A DNA stretch of 64,000 nucleotides, from positions 19,762 through 83,761 of the forward strand of contig JBHLRS010000004.1 in NCBI GenBank assembly GCA_048882325.1, given 5' to 3'. This stretch comes from Candidatus Thorarchaeota archaeon (GTDB taxonomy: Archaea > Asgardarchaeota > Thorarchaeia > Thorarchaeales > Thorarchaeaceae). Made by a program: the position numbers and the translations under genes. This document shows, one piece after another, positions 57,832-64,000 of this stretch. Numbering within the stretch: position 1 is the stretch's first letter; every line of letters begins with the position of its first letter. The notes beneath the pieces are model-generated. The model was given only the letters and a program-made list of their open reading frames with translations, ran no database searches and was not told the origin of the DNA.

Positions 57832-58584
57832 CTAAAGTCTATAGAATTTGAACGCATTCCGAGTAGTCTGTTTTGCAATATCACTTTTGGACTGATCCAA
57901 TAAATCACTAAGAGTTTCAACGCCAAACAGGATGTTAGCGGGTTCATTTCTCTCAGATGTTGGTGAGAGGTATGGACCATCTGTTTCAAGAAGAATTTGC
58001 TCAAGCGGTAGGATAGTGGCGGCATCTTTTCTGTTCCGATATTTCCCAAAATTAGCAGGAAGTGTGATGAACCAACCATTATCAGCCACTCTCCTGGCGG
58101 CCTCGGAAGATCCATCAAAACAGTGCATAAGGACAACTCCAGTGAACTCCTTCTCAAGAATTTCAGTGGCGCGATCTTCCGCTTTTCGAGCGTGAATTAC
58201 AATGGGAAGTTCTAGCTCTGTTGCAAGATTGATGAACATCTGAAACAGAGGTTCTTGGTTCATTCGACCTCGTTGATCTTTGATCCAGTAATAGTCCAAT
58301 CCCACCTCACCCACTGCAACAATTTCGTTTGCATATTTCCTTGTGAGTGCAATGATTTTATCAGCTTCCTCCTTGGTGAGCTGAGACACGCTACAACCTG
58401 CTGAATGGTGCACAAATCCGCGGTGCTTCTTGACAATACCCAGTGTTCGACGGAATGATGCTGACCCGATTGAGCTAGATACCATGCCCAAAAGTCCAGC
58501 CTCTTTTGCTCTCTGTATGACTCGTTCTCTGTCATTCTTGAAATGATTCATATCGATATGTGTGTGGGAATCGAACAAGTCCAT
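57832..58584 (-). CDS. tatD: TatD family nuclease
   Basis: DSHTH, VGEVGLDY, IHAR, HCF, ETDGPY. Confidence 0.95.
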   Translation of the reverse strand: MDLFDSHTHIDMNHFKNDRERVIQRAKEAGLLGMVSSSIGSASFRRTLGIVKKHRGFVHHSAGCSVSQLTKEEADKIIALTRKYANEIVAVGEVGLDYYWIKDQRGRMNQEPLFQMFINLATELELPIVIHARKAEDRATEILEKEFTGVVLMHCFDGSSEAARRVADNGWFITLPANFGKYRNRKDAATILPLEQILLETDGPYLSPTSERNEPANILFGVETLSDLLDQSKSDIAKQTTRNAFKFYRL

Positions 58585-58605
58585 GATGTGAGCACGCTCA
58601 ATGGT

Positions 58606-59010
58606 CTAGTCCTTCTCAGAGTCCTTGCTCTCTTTGATAGCTTCCCGGACATATGAACCAAAATCAGAGGTTTCTCCGTCACGCTGAACACGTATCTTGG
58701 GACCTTCACCCTTTACCTGACGCTCCACATATCGAACATCAAGTTGAGTTATGGTCTGACGAAGCCCACGATATACAATTAGATAGAGGAGGATATCTTC
58801 CACTCGCTTTCCAATATGTGGTTCATTCTTTTTGAGTGCAGATAGATGGCTCTGAGCATTTGAGTCCAAGAATCTCTGGAGAAGCTTTGTACGTTCCACT
58901 TCAGTCTTTTCCATTTGCTCTTTCTGTTCCTGTAACTTTTTTTCACGTGCCACTAGCTTTGCCATTTTCTTCCTTCTGATCATTGCAAGCTCTGTGTCAT
59001 CGTCGCTCAG
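58606..59010 (-). CDS. PDCD5/TFAR19-like dsDNA-binding protein; probable CTG start at 59010
   Basis: (M)SDDDTELAMIRRKKMAKL...LLQRFLDSNA..L..L...VEDILL. Confidence 0.75.
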   Translation of the reverse strand: MSDDDTELAMIRRKKMAKLVAREKKLQEQKEQMEKTEVERTKLLQRFLDSNAQSHLSALKKNEPHIGKRVEDILLYLIVYRGLRQTITQLDVRYVERQVKGEGPKIRVQRDGETSDFGSYVREAIKESKDSEKD

Positions 59011-59090
59011 TGTGAATTCCTCATTGTTTTGCCCTTTCTAGACACAGTTAAAGATAACGATACAGCGAGGGTTGGTTTTTTAACTTTCAA

Positions 59091-60071
59091 GTGGCATCAA
59101 GACATAGACAACTTGGACGTGAAGACTGCTTGGCATTGGAAGGTAGATGCACTTGGTTGGGCGCCACTGAGGATGAGAAGCCATATTGCCGTCTCAGAGG
59201 TCAGGAATTGCCCAAAGGAGAGGTTTCGGGCAAGTGTATGAAACCTGAACGTGCAACAATCTGCATTGACGCATATTCCTCTCTTGCTAGGGGACAGGAT
59301 GCTCTTGAATCAAACAGCACAGATGCGTTTCCTTGGTTGATTGAATCTGCTTCACAGTTTGAGAATCTTGGTGAAACCGATAATGCAATTCAAGCGTACA
59401 TCAAGGCAATCAATTTTGCGAACAAGAATGATATGGTGGAGAAGGCATACGACTTGTTTTGTTCGGTTCGAACCGTGTATGAAGAAGGAATAGCAGAGAA
59501 TGATCCAACGCTGACAGCAGCCGAAATAAAGCATGAACTGATGAGGGCAGGAGAAGCAGTAATAGAAAAGATCGAGCAGGTTGCTGAACGCGCACCGACC
59601 ACCGAACTCCAGTCAGAGCTGAAAGCGGCTGTACTTGGAGGAGTGACTCTCAAGAAAGCAGATTCAAAGGAACACACAAAGGATTTGGTTATCAGTCATG
59701 GAAGATCACTCTACACTAAGAAGGCACAAGAGTACAAAGATGGGGCAGCTTCATACATTAAATCAGGCATGATAAAGAATGCTGTAACCCTCGCATGTAT
59801 GGGAGCATTAGCAGACTTGATGTTGGGAAAAACGAAAGAGGGTATGGCATATCTTACAAAGACTACTGCGCAGTCTGGTGAAGCACAGACCTTTAATGAA
59901 CATCCTTGCTTTGTTTGGACTAAACTAGTCTTCAGAGCCCTGATTGAGAGGGATCAGAATCTTATGATTACTGTGAACAAACAATTCTTGGAGATACCTT
60001 GGTCATTCAAAGATGATAGAGAATTTGCTAGACGTGTCATGGAATCGGTTGAGAGAAGTATCAGTGCTTGA
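59091..60071 (+). CDS. Cys-rich N-terminus plus TPR/SNAP-like helical repeat protein
   Basis: Five Cys in the first ~60 aa; ASQFENLGETDNAIQAYIKA and AASYIKSGMIKNA repeats. Confidence 0.6.
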   Translation: MASRHRQLGREDCLALEGRCTWLGATEDEKPYCRLRGQELPKGEVSGKCMKPERATICIDAYSSLARGQDALESNSTDAFPWLIESASQFENLGETDNAIQAYIKAINFANKNDMVEKAYDLFCSVRTVYEEGIAENDPTLTAAEIKHELMRAGEAVIEKIEQVAERAPTTELQSELKAAVLGGVTLKKADSKEHTKDLVISHGRSLYTKKAQEYKDGAASYIKSGMIKNAVTLACMGALADLMLGKTKEGMAYLTKTTAQSGEAQTFNEHPCFVWTKLVFRALIERDQNLMITVNKQFLEIPWSFKDDREFARRVMESVERSISA

Positions 60072-61374
60072 TTCGCAAACGAGCGATGAAGAAACCACTT
60101 GAGTTGTGTTTGTGTGGGAACAGTCTTGTGACTTTGTTTGAGCATTCAAATCCTCCATATCCTCGATTTCCAAAACTTGGAGGGTCCAATAACTCAATAC
60201 TGTGATGCTTCATTGCTGAGTCGATCTGCGTTTCGCCCTCATGAGGTAGAATTGAACAAGTAGAGTAAACAATCTCTGTTTCAGGGCGATCTGCATAATT
60301 CGTGAGTATGCCTTCGAGTATCTTATTCTGAACGGTCATTAGGGCAAACAGCGTTTCCTTTTTCAAACGCCATTTGAAAGAAGGGTAGGACTGTAGAATA
60401 CCAGTTGACGTGCAAGGAGCGTCAATCAAAATCTTATCAGCATCATGGACTTCAGGTTTTGAAGCATCAGAATGAATCCATTCAATTTGTTGAGCATTAA
60501 GTAGCTTGGACCGTTCGATAGCCACTTTAACGCGATCCAAATAGACATCACTTGCCACAATTTGGCCAATTCCGTCCAGTTTCTCTAATATGAGTTGAGT
60601 CTTCATTCCAGGAGCTGCACAGGCATCCCATATTTTCTCTCCCGGTTGTGGATTTAGAATATCAACTGTGATTACACTGGCTTTGTCTTGGATAAGGATG
60701 CGACCATCCTTGAATTGTTGAGACCCCACAACAGACTCAACTCCCTCGACAACTCTATATATCTCAGGTACATCAGGGTCGCTTTCAGTTGTTAGACCTT
60801 CTATTGATGCAAGGATTTCATCGTAATCTTCATGAAGTTTATTGGGTCTGACATAGTAGATTCGTTTCCCGTTGTTTGCTTTCATCAACTCTATTGCATC
60901 ATCTTGCTGCATATTGTCAAGTAGAGTCTTCACTAAAAATGTTGGATGTGAATAATCCAAGCTAAGTCTATTGACTACTGGCATTTTCTTTGTTATGTTA
61001 GATAGATTATATGCTGTCGCAAGCCTGAATTCCTTTTGATAGTGTGAATCTATTCTCGGATAGTTTGATATTGTTTCATCAGAATCAGTTTCGAGCCACT
61101 TGACCTCATACAGAGCCAAACGAAGCATGTTCCTGTCACGTGGACCAAGACGAGTAAGTTTCCTTTTTCCCAACGATCGGGTAAGAATAAAGTCGATACT
61201 ATTTCTGAACCGGACAACAGAGAGAGATAATGAATGGGTGTGAAACTGTGATACAAGCGAGTCTGCTGAGGTGGTCTGCATCTCACGCAAGATTGTCTTC
61301 ATTGAAGTAGCAGACTTTTCATACGTTACAAGTGCATTGATGGCCTCAGTTCGAGCAGATTGTTCATGTTTCAT
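60061..61374 (-). CDS. RsmB/NOP2 m5C RNA methyltransferase with NusB-like N-terminus
   Basis: IQDKAS, DACAAPGMKT, DAPCTSTG, YSTCS, GFFIA. Confidence 0.93.
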   Translation of the reverse strand: MKHEQSARTEAINALVTYEKSATSMKTILREMQTTSADSLVSQFHTHSLSLSVVRFRNSIDFILTRSLGKRKLTRLGPRDRNMLRLALYEVKWLETDSDETISNYPRIDSHYQKEFRLATAYNLSNITKKMPVVNRLSLDYSHPTFLVKTLLDNMQQDDAIELMKANNGKRIYYVRPNKLHEDYDEILASIEGLTTESDPDVPEIYRVVEGVESVVGSQQFKDGRILIQDKASVITVDILNPQPGEKIWDACAAPGMKTQLILEKLDGIGQIVASDVYLDRVKVAIERSKLLNAQQIEWIHSDASKPEVHDADKILIDAPCTSTGILQSYPSFKWRLKKETLFALMTVQNKILEGILTNYADRPETEIVYSTCSILPHEGETQIDSAMKHHSIELLDPPSFGNRGYGGFECSNKVTRLFPHKHNSSGFFIARLRIKH

Positions 61375-61402
61375 GACACTGTGTCTGAAGCTATATTACT
61401 GT

Positions 61403-63445
61403 TCAATCTTGTTGTCTGTTTTTTATCGGAGGCATAACATTGGCATACCCATCCATGACAATTACACCATCTGCATTGAAGACATCAAACCTAAGTCGAC
61501 ACAGGTTGTTCTCTGGGATTTTTTCAGTCACCTCAACAACTGCTCTGATTTCATCGCCAGGATAGACTGGTGCTTTGAAGTTTACCTTCATATTGAACGC
61601 TAGTGTTCCCAAACCTGGAAGTTGCGTTCCAATAACACGTGCAACTAGTGCACCTCCAATTGGACCATGAGCAATACGTTTTCCGAAAATAGTTGTAGCT
61701 GCATACTCATCATCCACGTGAAGTGCGTTATAGTCACCAGACATCTGAGCGTATAGATCAATATGCTCGTCTGTTACTAACATTGTTGATTCTGCTATCT
61801 CGCCGACCTCTATTTCATCCAAACTCTTGCCTAGTTTAAACTTGGATTCTTTTTCTGTTCTTTTGGTTTCAATAGGAGCCTCATCGGTCTTTTTGGTACC
61901 TTGAAGAATCTCTGGAGTAAATCTGAACATTCTCGCGAATTTCATCAATAACTCCATGTCATCTGTGTCAATAACGACTTTCTCAGTCATCATGGCTTGC
62001 ATGGCATCAAGTTTCCCTAGCAAGATATTTCGCCATGTTGCTGAGTCTGTCTTCACAGTCATCTCTGGAGTATCTGTGTCACCCTTCTCAATGGAACACT
62101 TCTGATCGTTGATCTTCAACAACCACGAATCAGTGTCATCAAAGTAGAATCGAATAACAGCGGATACACCTTCTGCGCGTTCAGGTCGAAATCCATTTGG
62201 AATGCTGGACATCATGGCATCGAAATCAATGGCATCCATGTCAGGCAAGACTTGGAAAGAGCTATCACGTTTACTTTCGATATAGACCTCTCTCTGGATT
62301 AAGAATCGCAAAATCTCCGAGGTACCGCCCCCGATTGTACCCAATCTTGCGTCACGGTAGAACTTTTCAAGTGGGTAGAAGTCCTTGACATATCCCGCCC
62401 CTCCACAGACCTGAATCGCCATGTCACAGACTTCTACCGAAACTTCAGTTGCGTAGAGCTTAGCAATCGTAGCTTCCTTTGTACATGGAAGGTCATTTTG
62501 AATCATCCGTGCAGCAGAAATCAGAAGAAGTCTTGCATTGCGCATTTTCACAGCCATATCAGCAATCTTGAACGAAACTCCTTCAAATCGAGAGATGGGT
62601 TGACCAAACTGTTCCCGTTCTTGTGAATAGTTAACAGCAATCTCATATGGAGTCCTCATACAACCCAATGCCTCTGCAGCAATTCCAACTCGCTCTGAGT
62701 CCAATTCATTCATCAAGATTAGGAATCCCTGATTCTGCTTTCCGAGAAGATTCTCCTTTGGAACCTTTAGATTGTTCAGTCTGAAATGTGTCACGCGAAC
62801 ACCATCGCGACCCATCAGATTGAAGTCTTTCTCAACCTTAAAACCGTCCCAAGAGGTCTCGATTATAAATGCAGACATGCCACTCTTACTGTCCACATGA
62901 GGATTAGTTATCGCAAACACTACAATCTGATCTGCAATACTACCATTTGTGATGTAACGCTTTTCACCATTGAGCACCCAACACTCTTCTTTTTCATCCC
63001 ACTTTGCATTGGTGACCATTCCAGCTGTGTCGCTGCCAACTTTAGGTTCGGTGATGGCAAGAGCACCAATTTTCTCCCCCCGAGCCAGCGGTACTAGATA
63101 CTTCTCCTTCTGTTCCTCTGTCCCATAACGAAGAATCGGAATTGCTGAGAGTGTGCAGCTCGCTCCAAACATCATAGTTGCTGAAGGACAGATTGCAGAA
63201 ATCTCCTCTCCTGCAATCAGCTGATACATAAATGGTTTCTCTGATCCTCCGTACATTTTAGGTATCAAGAGACCTGAGAGACCGAAATCTCCTAGTTTTT
63301 TGAAATACCTGCGATGATTGAAATCAGGGCTGGTAATACTGTTCACAAGTGGCGTAATTTCCTTTTCAGCCCATTCTCTAACCCTCGAGCGAAATTCGAG
63401 CTCATCTTTTGTGTATAACAACATGTCATCATTCATTTGAGTCAT
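61403..63445 (-). CDS. Acyl-CoA dehydrogenase - SCP2 - MaoC (R-specific enoyl-CoA hydratase) fusion
   Basis: TEP..GSD, GEKRYITNG, REQFG, GGT.EI; SCP2 (LDAMQAMMT); MaoC SGDYNALH, RIAHG, F.APVYPGD. Confidence 0.9.
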   Translation of the reverse strand: MTQMNDDMLLYTKDELEFRSRVREWAEKEITPLVNSITSPDFNHRRYFKKLGDFGLSGLLIPKMYGGSEKPFMYQLIAGEEISAICPSATMMFGASCTLSAIPILRYGTEEQKEKYLVPLARGEKIGALAITEPKVGSDTAGMVTNAKWDEKEECWVLNGEKRYITNGSIADQIVVFAITNPHVDSKSGMSAFIIETSWDGFKVEKDFNLMGRDGVRVTHFRLNNLKVPKENLLGKQNQGFLILMNELDSERVGIAAEALGCMRTPYEIAVNYSQEREQFGQPISRFEGVSFKIADMAVKMRNARLLLISAARMIQNDLPCTKEATIAKLYATEVSVEVCDMAIQVCGGAGYVKDFYPLEKFYRDARLGTIGGGTSEILRFLIQREVYIESKRDSSFQVLPDMDAIDFDAMMSSIPNGFRPERAEGVSAVIRFYFDDTDSWLLKINDQKCSIEKGDTDTPEMTVKTDSATWRNILLGKLDAMQAMMTEKVVIDTDDMELLMKFARMFRFTPEILQGTKKTDEAPIETKRTEKESKFKLGKSLDEIEVGEIAESTMLVTDEHIDLYAQMSGDYNALHVDDEYAATTIFGKRIAHGPIGGALVARVIGTQLPGLGTLAFNMKVNFKAPVYPGDEIRAVVEVTEKIPENNLCRLRFDVFNADGVIVMDGYANVMPPIKNRQQD

Positions 63446-63571
63446 ATATCAGCACCAAATTTCGATTCAATCGATTAGACAACCGCACGCAGTTTAGAAG
63501 CTCTTAAATCTCCTCTCATCGCCGACCTATCCTCACCAGATTAATCTAAGAAGAGGAGACAAGGATTTCGT

Positions 63572-64000
63572 ATGCGTTTCTTTGGTCATCTCATAAAGGG
63601 TGAGAAGTCAGAACCAGTATCAGGACAGACAAGCTTCTTCCCAAACATGAACAAAGCAATCGGAGATCCTAGACTGCTTTACGCGATGGCACTTAGAGAA
63701 CAAGGATCACTAAGTAGATTTGCAGCTAGGTATTTTTCAGGACAAATGCCTGAAAAGGCACCAGAAATAAGATTGCTGAAGGACTATATCAAGGTCCATG
63801 GATATCCACAAGCGTCAGATGATGAAATTCAGGAGATAATGTTTGCCGGGTACGCAATTGGTGGACCCAAAGAAGCAGCGATTGCATGTGAGGAGGCTCA
63901 TGCAATCCGTCGTTTCATGCATAAGGAGTACTATGAGAAAGGGGAGGGTCTAACCCTTAAAGAACGTGCTGAGAGTCTGATCAAAGTTGGGGAAGTGCTT
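63572..64000 (+). CDS. Partial CDS, possibly the N-terminus of an aldehyde dehydrogenase family protein
   Basis: Open frame to the window end after GAGGAG; AAIACEEAHA...LTLKERAESLIKVGEVL. Confidence 0.5.
   Translation, partial: MRFFGHLIKGEKSEPVSGQTSFFPNMNKAIGDPRLLYAMALREQGSLSRFAARYFSGQMPEKAPEIRLLKDYIKVHGYPQASDDEIQEIMFAGYAIGGPKEAAIACEEAHAIRRFMHKEYYEKGEGLTLKERAESLIKVGEVL

Noticed and set aside
1-64000. CRISPR arrays, rRNA/tRNA genes, transposases, integrases, prophage or recognised defence genes
   Set aside because: No regularly spaced repeats or diagnostic motifs seen; the many short antisense ORFs in the track are shadows of real genes

Overview
Gene-dense archaeal chromosomal window (~45% GC by eye). 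I found no tRNA, rRNA, CRISPR array or transposase. The eukaryotic-signature genes (a Snf7/ESCRT-III, a longin-wHTH protein, an E2F/DP-like transcription factor, PAC2, PDCD5, a presenilin-type protease) point to an Asgard archaeon, most likely Thorarchaeia (inference). Ordinary content includes ThrC, Mrp/NBP35, PGI/PMI, FKBP, a Dpp/Opp peptide ABC system, SPFH-NfeD, TatD, RsmB and lipid/acyl-CoA enzymes. The best candidate for an undescribed system is the 37-48 kb cluster. It has three paralogous proteins in which a Cdc48/VAT N-terminal module is fused to a VWA domain instead of an AAA ATPase, which is the N-terminal architecture of GATOR1 DEPDC5/Iml1. It also has an active/pseudo amidohydrolase pair, a fourth VWA-wHTH-Ig protein, coiled-coil proteins and a HEAT protein with UBM-like repeats. 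An E2F/DP-like factor and an NPRL2-like longin-wHTH gene lie nearby. Other notable items are a GCS2-type ligase fused to ~6 cytoplasmic Ig-like domains, a family of stem-closed CU-rich putative sRNAs, a circularly permuted peptide-binding protein, tandem dppB paralogs with a covarying 5'-UTR hairpin, and probable ATC/CTG start codons. All family assignments come from motif recognition by eye; no database search was run.
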